NCBI GenBank assembly: GCA_013265495.1
Contig: MU058781.1
Span: forward strand, 10,955,009 to 11,019,008
From: Vicugna vicugna
Lineage: Eukaryota
Reading direction: 5' to 3'
DNA: 64,000 bases
A program made the position numbers and the translations under genes. A model generated the notes under the pieces. That model worked only from the letters and a program-made list of their open reading frames with translations. It was not told where the DNA came from and ran no database searches. Numbering within the stretch: position 1 is the first letter of the stretch; every line of letters begins with the position of its first letter. Shown here piece by piece: positions 37,230 through 49,167 of the stretch.

Positions 37230-40200
37230 AATGGAATGTTACATCACCAACATCCAGAGTTACTTGGTTACTATTCTTCTTAATATTTGAAATTATGTTA
37301 AAAATCAATTTGAAATATTGTTCTTCTCATTCTTTATGAATAACTGAAAAAAGCATTTGGAAGGTAACAACACAACCCCTGTATCTTTTTTATGTACTAG
37401 GTTTCCCTCACCCCCTAAATCAATTTGCTTTTAGTCAAGAATTGAAGTGACAATTTGCACTCACTATCTGATCACAAGTAGTAAACAATACTACGAATTT
37501 TTACTGAACATCACCAGGCTCTACCTTAGGAAGGGGGATGAGGAGTGGCAGTAGGAGATGTAGAGGAGTGATGGGCCTCTCCCGATCATCTACTAAATAT
37601 GGGTATATATGTTGATCATTTTTTCTCAACTTATAGCCTGGCAATAGTGCTTTTACCATTCTTAGAAAGTTGCTGGCAATGGACAACCATCACTATCAAT
37701 TCCCTCCACAGTTTACTCACATATGCTCTGACACTCAAATGCCACAGTTCTAAATTCTTTGTCCATCACCTATGGGTAAAACCCCTTCACAGAACTACTC
37801 TAGAAGGTCTCACACACACATTTAACTAGACAAAATTTCATATGGTCCAATATTTTAAAATCAGATATCACCCTACTTTGGAGAGATTGAACTTCGTGTT
37901 TTCAGGAGTATTCTTAACATCTAATAAAATTGAAACAAGTGGTATTTATATGAACTAAATTTGGAAAACTATCTCAAGCACAAAGTTAACTATTTCCTTC
38001 TTCTTAGTAGGGTCTAAATTGTTCTGGTTCAAATATAAACCCCAAGTTTTATGTTTATGGGTAAACAGTAAGCATCAAAAACTATTTCTTAACCCTCTTT
38101 GAATAAGGTTATTATTTAACTCTGGGCATTCTGAAAAAGCTAACAAACTTTCCTTTATGTCTAACTTCCTTCCCAGAGTGTTCCTTAGAAAGAATTGAGT
38201 ATAGGACTTTAATGTCTTTTTTACTGTTTTTGAGATTATGTCAGAGATTGAACAATGGGGCATTATTTTAACCATGCCCAGCAAGGATAAATGCTAAGAA
38301 AAAATAAAGAGGCGATGTCTGTCTTTGGCTCCCTTTGGCTTCCCTCATCAGTGCCCTTGTGGAATGGAATGCCACATCCTCAAGGTGGAAAATGGGATTT
38401 GAAGGTAGCCTTTGGCACCTATCCTGGGGCCCATTTTGTTATTATCTAGCTATTAATTATCTCTAAACTACATTGGTTGATAAAGCTTAACAGCTTTCAG
38501 GAGTGTTCACATTTCAGTTGGAGGTGGAAGAATGTTGCCTCACCAAAATCTCCCATGGTATATCCTAAGTATTCTAAAATGTGAACATTGGAAAGATCTT
38601 CAGCAAAAATCTCCATGTGAAAGCCTTGGGTTGAACAATCAACTTACCTTGCTCTACCAAAAGAAGTTCTTTCTTCTTTTTTTTCTTTCTTTCTCTTTTT
38701 TCCCAACATATATTTATTATTCTTTTAGTGTTTACATTTGCTGGGCATTAATACAAAGCTGAAGAGGTCAACATCAGAGAACGTGCAGAACCATTCACTA
38801 GAGCATTGTTGTTTTAAGTGAGAAAGCTCCTCTACTCCAGTGTCAGTTCATTCTGATATCCTTAAACTGATATTAAAAATAAACTGTTTAACTTTATCAA
38901 CCAGCTTTTGAAAACAATGAACTAATATCCACTGGCTAGAAAAACTGTTTACTTAGTTCTGAAAATAAACTTGATACATTTTTGGTTTTCTATGAAAAAC
39001 CAGTTTGTGTTACAGGGGACAAATGCATCATCTCAAAAATCAATAAGCTTTATCAGCGGGTGTTTAATTTTCTTCGTTTTTCTTGGTAATAAAAGGCAAT
39101 ACTGGACCGTATTATTCTCTGTGAGTGACGTGGCAAGCAAAGCTTTTCAAATTTGACTCTAGCCACTGTTCCAGCCTCATCTCTCATCACTTCTTTCTCT
39201 CAGGCCTCTCACCCCTTGTCACTGTACTATCAAACAGGTGAGTTAAAGCCACTTAAGATTACCTGTGCAAACAGCTCAAGAGTTTTATACCTTCATGATT
39301 TTGATTAAGTAAAACTTCTGCTTTAAAGGGCTTTTCCTCTCCCTTTCCTGTTTACTTTGAAAAATCCAGCTTGCTTTTTAAGTTGGAAGCCAAATGTCAC
39401 CTTCTCTATAAGACAGTCACTGATTCCCCACCCCCCTACACATCCTGGAAGAGTCTATCACACAGTCAGGGTGCGGTACATGATTTTATACAGCATGGGC
39501 CCAGCATCAGCCTAAACTGGCATATAGAGGTATCTAGGTGTTTCTGAACTGGTGGGTGAGATTTGCATATAGGTTTTGAACTGGAGGGATTTCTTTCATT
39601 ATTGTTGTCTGCTTTGTTGTACCATGGTTGTATATGTTGGTGTAGAGTTTTGTCTGAAGCTTATAAAGGAAGAAAAATTGCACATATCCCTGAAAGGAGA
39701 TAATGGAGAAAGCAAATACAACTTGGCACCTGAGTAATTTCTCCAGTTTCATAAACAGAGCTCATGAAAATTATATCAGAGTCTATCAAAAGAGAAACTG
39801 CAGGTAAAATCTAAAGAGGCAATATTTATGAAGCTCATTGTGTCTCAAGAGTGCTGGTTCTGGAGAGCCAAGGTAATTGCAGCTACCTAAATATGAATCT
39901 TACCACACATCCCGTAATAAAACTACACAGATCAACAAACACAAATAAAACCATACAAATATTATATTTTCAACATATGTAGAAGATAAAAATCACTACT
40001 ATTTTAAATTTTCTGTATTTGAAAAATAAGTACCAATTTCCAGCAAAGTTTTCTCTAAAACTCCCACCTATTCAGAAAGTTAGAGGTGGGGACAGGGGGA
40101 ATCGGAGAGAAAGAAGAATATTAAAAAAGTATGCAGAAGACAGAAAGAGGATTAATTAAGCTAAAATCACCCTAAGTGATAAAATACTGATAAAGAGCAC

Positions 40201-42010
40201 TGGAAGACCTGAGCACTAACTACAGGGAAGGGACTTAAAATTGGATGTAGTGCTTAAGGAGACAATTTGAAAGGAAACATTCTGAAAGAAAGTAAAATAA
40301 AAGAGAAAGAAAGACATGCCCAATGGAGACTGGTGGGGGAAAAAATGAAGATGGTTACTTTAGGATTCTTTCAGACAATATTTTAAAAGGAAAAAAACCC
40401 TACATACAACCCTACACCTTACTGGCCCTCCCAGCCACGCATTCATGCCACCTATTAAAGAAACTGCAATCTTCTACTCTGACAGAAGATGGCAAACTTG
40501 GACAAGAAATCTAAGAAAAATACTGTAATCTGCCAAGTCAATCAAACAAATATATAGATACGTGCCATTTTCTTCTATACAAAGCTACTATGAAAAGAAA
40601 ACAGAAAATTTAAATTTAAAATTTCAGCTGATAAAATTCTCACAAATAAATAATCATGAATTTGAAGAAAAGTGTAACACAGAAAGCAAAATTGAATCAT
40701 TTGTTCTCAATGAGAGATCCAAAAAGACATATAAAATTAAAAATCCAAAATCTAAGAACCAAAATCGAGAATAAAGCAAGATGAAATGAAACAAGAGTTG
40801 GTTGACTTCAGGAAAGAAAGAGAAGATAAAACCATACCCTAAAATAGGCTCATGTATATGGTGCCTATGTAATACTCAAAATAGATTTGAATAAAAATTT
40901 AATGAGAAGAAGCATTAAAGAAAAGTAGGAAAATAACAAAGAGATTTTAAAAGATTTTTTTAGAGAAGTAAAAGGAGTCAGAAAGAAATTGGTTGAAATT
41001 TAAAAATAGGCAATGAAAAGTCAACATAAGTATAAGTGGAGACCCTAAGGAAGAAAAACAATGTGGTGGAAAAGAACTATTATTTTATACTATAATTCAA
41101 GAAAACTTCCCAAAAATAAAAGACCTGAATTTACATATTATAAGAGCTAACTAAATACTGGGAAAATTGATCTAGAAAGATCAATCCTAAACCTTATACA
41201 AATAAAAAAATTCAAATTTAGAAATTAAAAAATCTTCAGGGCTTCTAGAAAAAATAATTTATAGGGGCAAGAGAATTTGACTAGCATCGTATTTCTCAAA
41301 AACAATATGCAAAGCAAGGCAATAATAAAATAGAATTTACAAGAAGATCAAGAAAATAAAGTGTGAACCAATAATATTGTATTCAATCTTGCTGTCTTTT
41401 AACTATCAAGGCTACAGAATTAGAGTTTAAATTTGAAAGAACTCAGAAAATGCAGTATCCATGAGCTTTTCTTATAGATGAATTTTATCCAACCAAGAAA
41501 TGCCTGAAGAAATCTAGTCCAAAGTCTCCAAATTTTTAAAGAATGAGAATAATCAATACATTACATATCAAATTCTGATTACATTTAAAGCAATGATCAG
41601 AAGAAAATTCATAGCCTAAAACACTTCTATAAATAAAAGTAAAATAATGGATATAAATTAATTATATTAGTAAAAAGGCTATAAATTTAATAGTAGATCT
41701 AATAATAAGGATAGCAAAAAGGGTGGCAGAGTAATATAAACAATAAATAGACTAAAAAGAATTTTACAATTATTATTTTTATAAAGTAAAAGTAGAGGGA
41801 GATAGGAGAAGTAGAAAAAGGTCATTGATCCTGTCAATAAGTGGGAGTCAAAGAACACTTTAAAAAGTGATGAACTACATATTAAAGATTAAATGAAACA
41901 GGAAAGAAGGGATTTTTTTGAAGTACAAGTACATAGATAACTGTAAACCCAAAATTTTGTAGATTTCAAATAAAACTTTAGAAAAAGTACAGAAAACAAT
42001 CATATAGAGT

Positions 42011-42134
42011 GGGGAGGGTATAGCTTAGTGGTAGAGTGCATGCTTAGGATATGTGAGGTCCCAGGTTCAATCCCTAGTACCTCCATTAAAATAAATAAAC
42101 CTAATTACCTCTCCCACCAAAAAAAAAAGTTTTT
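42011..42134 (+). mobile_element. tRNA-derived SINE (camelid vic-1-like) with 12-bp TSD
   Basis: A box TAGCTTAGTGG (42021-42031), B box GGTTCAATCC (42064-42073) and tail AAACCTAATTACCTC...A-run. TSD AATCATATAGAG at 41998-42009 and 42135-42146. Confidence 0.93.
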
Positions 42135-43251
42135 AATCATATAGAGAATATAAGATAAGAAACATACCAATTTATATGACAGAATCAATAAAATTGAATG
42201 GTCTGAACTCATCTATTAAAAGAAAAAGAATTTTCCACTTGCCTCATAAAGAAAACTCCAACTATATACTGCTTACAAAAGACACACCCAAAGCAAATTC
42301 AGTAAGAGTAACTGTACAGAGATGCACAAAGGTGTAACCACAAGTGCAAACAATAAGAAAGCAAAAGCCATAATCCTAATGTCAGATAAAGTAGAATTCC
42401 ATCAAAAAGCATTAATATTATTAAGAGGGACACATTTTAATACTAAAAGGGACAGATTTAATACTACTTTATGTTGAAGATAAAACAGTTATGAATATTG
42501 ATGTATTCATAAATCAACAACTTTTTAATAAAGCAACCACTTTTGTAAAAACAGAAGCTACAAGAGATGCCAGTAGACATGAAAAGCAACATGAATAATG
42601 AAAGACTTTATCACATTATTCTCATACAAGACAATTCAAAAAGGCAAAAATAAATAGGATATAGATAAACCTAAACAACATAACCAATAACAGCAATCTT
42701 ATGAATATATATTGAACTTTACACTCTAATAATATAGAATATAACTGTATCTCAAGTGCATATAGAACATTTATAAAAATTGCCCTTTTTTACATTAAGA
42801 AAGCACTGTTAAGTTCATAAAGTAAAAATATTATGAAAAGGCTGCAGCCAAACTACAATAAAATTAATTTAAAAATTTTTAAAAGTCTGTCACCTGGATT
42901 TTTTTCTATTAGATAACTCTTGGTTAAACAAAGAATAAAAACTAAAATTACAAAATTTCTAATGAATACTTTTATTAAAAAAAATTAAAGGATGAAAATA
43001 AATGAATTAAATTCCCAACTCAAAAATCTAAAAAAAAAAAACCCAAATAAATCAAATTAAAGGAAACAATGAATAAGAGAGCAGAAACTAAAGAGCAAAA
43101 GAATGATAACATACTAAATGTTAATTTTTTAAATTTAACAAAATAAACAAACACTAGCTAACTCAATAAAGCAAAAGAAAAAGCATAAATTAACAAATCA
43201 CAAGATTGAAATAAGCATTGAAACAAGACTCTTTAAAAATAATAACATACT

Positions 43252-44277
43252 TTTTTGCAAGTGAAACCGACAAAGGCTTGATCTCCAAAAATAAGCAGCT
43301 CATACGACTCAATAAGAAAAAAATAAACAACCCAATCCAAAAATGGGCAGAAGACCTAAACAAGCAATTCTCCAAGGAAGACATACAAATGATCAAAAAG
43401 CACATCAAAAAATGTTCAATATCACTAACTATCAGAGAAATGCAAATCAAAACTACAATGAGGTATCACCTCACACCAGTCAGAATGGCTGTCATTCAAA
43501 AATCCAAAAATGACAAATGCTGGAGAGGCTGTGGAGAAAGGGGAACCCTCCTACACTGCTGGTGGGAATGCAGTTTGGTGCAGCCACTATGGAAAACAGT
43601 GTGGAGATTCCTCAAAAGACTAGGAATAGACTTACCATATGACCCAGGAATCCCACTCCTGGGCTTGTACCCAGAAGGAAATCTACTTCAGGATGACACC
43701 TGCACCCCAATATTCATAGCAGCACTATTTACAATAGCCAAAACATGGAAACAACCTAAATGTCCATCAACAGGTGACTGGATAAAGAAGAGGTGGTATA
43801 TTTATACAATGGAATACTACTCAGCCATAAAAACCGACAACATAATGCCATTTGCAGCAACATGGATGCTCCTAGAGAATGTCATTCTAAGTGAAGTAAG
43901 CCAGAAAGAGAAAGAAAAATACCATATGAGATCGCTCATATGTGGAATCTAAAAAACAAAAACAAACAAACAAACAAAAACAAAGCATAAATACAGGACA
44001 GAAATAGACTCATGGACAGAGAATACAGACTTGTGGTTACCAGGGGGGTAGAGGGTGGGAAGGGATAGACTGGGATTTCAAAATTGTAGAATAGATAAAC
44101 AAGATTACACTGTATAGCACAGGGAAATATACACAAAATGTTATGATAAATCACAGAGAAAAAAATGTGACAATGAGTGTGTATATGTCCATGAATGACT
44201 GAAAAATTGTGCTGAACACTGGAATTTGACACAACATTGTAAAATGATTATAAATCAATAAAAAATGTTAAAAAAAT
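43252..44277 (+). mobile_element. Young 5'-truncated L1 (ORF2 C-terminus and 3' UTR) with 14-bp TSD
   Basis: Stop-free ORF2 C-terminus to TAA at 43952, with intact [35 protein letters not shown] (43238-43251) / AATAATAACGTACT (44278-44291). Confidence 0.96.
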
Positions 44278-44697
44278 AATAATAACGTACTACTTTGTAG
44301 ACTTCTATGTAAATAAAGTCACAAAGCTTAATGAAGTAGGTAATATCTTAGGACAATACAGTCTACCAAAATGGACTCCATCAAGAATAAAAAGTATAAA
44401 CCATTTTAATTTAAAGTAAAAGTAGACAAAACAATTAAGTAACTATCCCATTTTTAAAAACACCCCAAATATAAATTGCTTCACAGGAAATTCCATCAAA
44501 TTTTCAAAGACCCAATGCCAAATATTTTTCCCATAGGATATAAATTATAAAGAATCTCATACACACTATTTATAAAACAATTACAACATTGATATATAAA
44601 CCTAAGAAAGATGGCACAAAAGAGAAATTACAAACATTATTCATAAATATTGATGGAAATTCAATATAAAATATTAGCAAACAGAAACTGAAACTAC

Positions 44698-47600
44698 CTT
44701 TTTTTCTAGCTTTATTGAGATATAACTGACATAAAACAGTATGTGAGTTTAAAGCATACACATGTGGATTTGACATATTGCAAAATGATTACTGCCAGAG
44801 CATTAGCAAACACCTGCATTATGTCACCTAATTACTATTCTTTCTTCTAGTGAGAACATTTACGATTTCTTCTTTGAGCAACTTTCAAGAATTTAATACA
44901 GTATTAACTATAATCATTATGCTGTACTTTGATCCCTTGCAAATGGAAGGATGTCTTTCTTTCTCATGCATGAATAATATTCATATATATCCCACAATTT
45001 CTTTATCCATTCATTCATTAATGGACACTTACTTGTTTTGATATTTTGGCTATTGTGAATAATGCTGCAATAAACATGAGAGTGAATATATCTCTTCAAA
45101 ATTCTGTTTTCATTTACTTTAGATATATATACAGCATTGGAATTGCTGGGTCATAGGGTAGTTCTATTTTTAATTTTTTGAGGAATCTCCATACTGTTTT
45201 CCATAGTGGATGCACCAATTTACATTCATCAAAAAGACAGTGGTCCCCATGCTGTCTTTTTGATGAATGTAATTCTGACAGATGTGAGGTGATATCACAT
45301 TGTGGTTTTTATTTGCATTTCCCTGATAATTAGTGATGTTAAGCAACTTTTCATGTACCTATTGGTCATTTTTATGTCTTCTTTAGAAAAATGTCTGTTC
45401 AGTAACTCTGCCCATTTTTAAATTGAATTCTTTAGGATTTTTTTTGCTATTTAGTTGCATGAGTTCTTATATATTTTGAATATTAGCCCCTTATCAAATA
45501 ATTGATTTGCAAATATTTTCTCCCATTCTGTAGGTTGCTATTTCATTTTGTTGATGGTTTCCTTTGCTGTGCAGAAGCTTTTTCATTTGATATATCTCCA
45601 CTTGTCTATTTTTGCTTTTATTGCTTTTGTTTTTGTTGTCAAACTCAAAAAACCATTATCAAGTCCAATGTAAAGAAGCTTATCCCCTATGTTTTCTTCT
45701 AGGAGCTGTCTGGTTTCGGGTCTTATGTTTAAGCCTTTCAACCATTTTGAGTTGATTTTGGTGTAAGATGAGGTCCAATTTTCCCAAAACCATTTATTGA
45801 ACAGACTACCCTTTCCCCACTGTACCATCTTAGCTCCTCTGTCATAAATTAATTGACCCTACATGTGTAGGTATATTTCTGGGCTCTTATTCTGTTCTAT
45901 TGGTCTGTGCCTGTTTTTATGCTGACACCATACTGTTTTGATTACTATAGCTTTGTAGTATAGTTTGAAATTAGGACGTATGATACCTCCAGATTTCTTC
46001 CTCTTTCTCAAGATTGATTTCACTGTTCAGGGTCTTTCACGGTTCAATACAAATTTCAGAATTGTTCTCCTATTTGTGAAAAATGGAATTGGAAATTTCA
46101 TAGAATTACATGGAATCTGTAGATCACTTTGGGTAGCACATTTTAACAGTATTAATTCTTTCAATCCACAAGCATGGAATACCTTTCCACTAATTTGCAT
46201 CTTCTTCAGTTTCCTTCATCAATGCCTTATAGTATTCAGTGTACGGATATTTCACCTCCTTGGTTAAATTTATCATAAGTATTTTACTCTTCTTGTTGCA
46301 ATTGCAAATGGGATTCCTTTCTTAATTTCTCTTTCTACAAGCTCATTGTTAATATATGGACATGCAGTTGAATTTGTATATTGAGTTTACATCCTACAAA
46401 TTTACTGCATTGTTTACTAGTACTAACAGCTTTCTGGTAAAGTCTTTAGGGTATTCCACATAAAATATCATGTCATCTGCAAATAGAGACAGTTTTACTT
46501 CTTCCTTTCTGATTTGAATTCCTTTTTTTTTTTTTCTTCCCTAATTGCTCTGGCTAGAATTTCCAGTACTATGCTGAATAAAAGTGGTGATGGTGGACAT
46601 CCTTGCCTTATCTCTTACCTTAGAAGAAATCTTTCAGTCCCCTCTTCATCATTGAGGATGATATTAACTGTAGACTTGTCATATATGCCCAATTTTATGT
46701 TGAGATACATTCTCTCTATACCCACTTTGCTAAGAAATTTTATCATAAGTGAATGTTGAATTTTGTCAAATGCTATTTCCACATCTATTGAGATGATCAT
46801 GTGATTTTATCTTTAATTTTGTTAATGTGGTGTATCACATTTATTGATTTGCATATGTTGAACCATCCTTGCATTCTGGAATTAATCCCACTTCTTTATG
46901 GTACATAATCCTTTTAATGTATTGTTGAATTTGGTTTGCTAATATTTTGTTGAGAATTTCTGCATCTATGCTCATGAGGGATATTGACCTGTAATTTTGT
47001 TTTCTTATGGTGTCCTTGTCTGACTTTGGTATCAGAGTAATTCTGGCCTCATTTAATGCATTTGGAAATATTTCATCCTTTTTTATTTTTTGAAAGAGTT
47101 TATGAAAAAAATGGTTTTAATTTTCCTTTAAATGATTGGTAGAATTCATCAGTGGAGCCATCTAGTCTTGGACTTATTTTGTTAGGAGGTTTCTGATTAC
47201 TTATTCAATCTCCTTACTAGTAACTGTTCTTTTAAGATTTTCTATTTCTTCATGATTCAGTCTTGTTAGGTTATATGTTTCTAGGAATTTATCCATTTAT
47301 TATAGGTTGTCCATTTGTTGGTGTATAATTGTTCACAGCAGTCTCTTTTGGTCCTTTGTAATTCTGTGGTATCAGTTGTCATGTCTTCTCTTTTCATTTT
47401 AATTTTATTTATTTGAGTTCTCTGTTTTTTCTTGATTAGTTTAGATAAGGGTTTACCTATTTGCGCATATGTTCAAAAAACCACTCTCACTATCAAAAAA
47501 AGTTTCATTGCTCTTTTGTATTGTCTTTGCATTCTCTACTTCATTTATTTATGCTCTAATCTTTGTGATTTTTTTTTCCTTTTACTAATTTTAGTCTTAG

Positions 47601-48975
47601 TTTATTCTTCTTTTTCTAGTTCTTGAGGTGTAAAGTTAGAATATTTATTTGAGATCTTTCTTTCTTTACTTCATGTAGGTGTTAATTGCTACAATATTTC
47701 CTTTTAGAACTGCTTTTGGTGCATCCTAAAAGTTTTAGTATCTTGTATTTGAATTTGCCTCAAAAAAATTTTTTTTTACTTTTTGTATCTTTCTTGACCC
47801 AATAGTAGCTCAAGAGCATGTTGTTTAATCTTCATGTGTTTGTGAGTTTTCCAGTTTTCTTCTTGTAATTCATTTCTAGTTTCATACCACTGTGGTCTGA
47901 AATGATTCTTGATATAATCTCTATTTTCTTAAATTTATTGACTTGTTTGGTGGCCTAAGATGTGATCTATCCTGGAGAATGTTCCTTGTGCACTTATGAA
48001 GAATGTGTATTTTTCTGCTGTTGGATGAAATGTTCTGTACCTATCTGTCAAGTACATCTGGGTAACGTGTAGTTTAAGTACAGTGTTTCCTTATTAATTT
48101 TCTATCTGGATGATCTATCCATTGGTTAAAGTGGAATTTTGAAGTTCCCTATTATAATGTTGCTGTCTAGTTCTCCTTTCAGGTCTGTTAACATTTGCTT
48201 CATATATTTAGGTGTTCCTATGTTAGGTGTATAAATATTTACAAATGTTATCTTATCTTGATGAATTGACACTTTTATCATAGTATAATGACCTTCTTCA
48301 CCTCTTTTTACAGTCTTTGATTAATGTCTGTTTTGTCTGACATAATTATGGCTACACCTGCTTTCTTTTGCCTTCCATTTGTCTCATGTATCTTTTTCCA
48401 TCACTGAACTTTCAGTCTACCCATTTCCTTAAAGCTTAAGTGAGTCTCTTGTATGCAGCATACAGCTGGGTCTTATGTGTTTCTGTATGTGGGGTTTTTT
48501 TTGTTTGTTTTGTTTTTTGGTTTTTTTTTTTCTTAATCCATTCAGACACTCCACGTCTTTTGGTTGGAGAATTTAGTATATTTACCTTCAAAGTAATTAT
48601 TGAATGATATGGATGTACTATTTCTATTTTATTCATTGTTTTCTGGCAGATATGTAATTTATTTCTTTCTTTCTTCCTCTATTGTTCTGTTACTTTGTGA
48701 TTTGATGATTTTCTGTAATGCTATGTGTACACTTCTTTCTCTTTATCTTTTGTGTGTCTACTATAGGTTTGTGCTTTGTAGTTATCATGGGGCTTACATA
48801 AAACAATTTATATTTATGTAACAGTCTATTTTAAACTGATAACTTAACTTTCAATGTATACAAAAGCTTTACATTTATGCACTCTCACCCCCACATATTA
48901 TGTTTTTGATCTCACAATTACATCTTTTTTTTTTACTGTATCCATTAACAAGTTACCATAGTTATAGTTTTTTTA
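44698..48975 (-). mobile_element. L1MA-type (L1MA9-like) LINE-1 spanning the 3' UTR and most of ORF2, decayed
   Basis: T-run followed by CTTTATTGAGATATAACTGACAT (3' end). Minus-strand ORF fragments give [27 protein letters not shown] and the EN start SIITLKVNILNSPTKR. Part of the 3' UTR appears deleted near 44937. Confidence 0.92.
45220..45272. repeat. Perfect 21-bp inverted repeat with 11-nt spacer
   Basis: TTACATTCATCAAAAAGACAG (45220-45240) is the exact reverse complement of CTGTCTTTTTGATGAATGTAA (45252-45272). Confidence 0.97.
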
Positions 48976-49042
48976 AAGTATAGATAGATAGGTCTATATC
49001 TATATTTATATCTTAGAAACAGCTTACAATAGAGATTGGCTA

Positions 49043-49167
49043 GGGGAAGGGTATAGCTCAAGTGGTAGAGTACATGCTTAGTATGCACAAAATCCTGAGT
49101 TCAATCCCCAGTACCTCCTCTATAAATAAATTAATAAGCCTGATTACCTATCCCTCACCAAAAAAAT
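49043..49167 (+). mobile_element. tRNA-derived SINE (vic-1-like), second copy, with 15-bp TSD
   Basis: GGGGAAGGGTATAGCTCAAGTGGTAGAG...GAGTTCAATCCCCAGTACCTCC. TSD AATAGAGATTGGCTA (49028-49042) / AATAGAGGCTGGCTA (49168-49182), matching 13/15. Confidence 0.93.

Larger units (their letters stand above)
39848..44697 (+). mobile_element. Old L1M(E)-type element (5' region, ORF1, ORF2 endonuclease to early RT), host to nested insertions
   Basis: ORF1-like ATAATTCAAGAAAACTTCCC...GACCTGAAT at about 41090 and EN-like AATGGTCTGAACTCATCTATTAAAAGA / CTATATACTGCTTACAAAAGACACACC at about 42200. ORF2 resumes after 44291 and ends AAATATTAGCAAACAGAA (KILANR). The 5' boundary is approximate. Confidence 0.78.

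Noticed and set aside
38648..38653. 6-nt microexon on the - strand (tag|AGCAAG|gtaagt)
   Set aside because: The upstream region is purine-rich, lacking the long polypyrimidine tract microexons need.
39126..39133. UPRE-like TGACGTGG, and a second CRE at 51739-51746
   Set aside because: Isolated 8-mers with no supporting context. The second lies within an old L1 remnant.
42011..42083. tRNA genes here and at 49043
   Set aside because: The tRNA-like heads continue into a shared SINE tail, A-run and TSD, and the acceptor stems are degenerate.
43218..43952. 244-aa ORF as a domesticated L1 zinc-knuckle gene
   Set aside because: It is the still-open C-terminus of a young truncated L1. It starts at a TTG in flanking DNA and shows no sign of selection.
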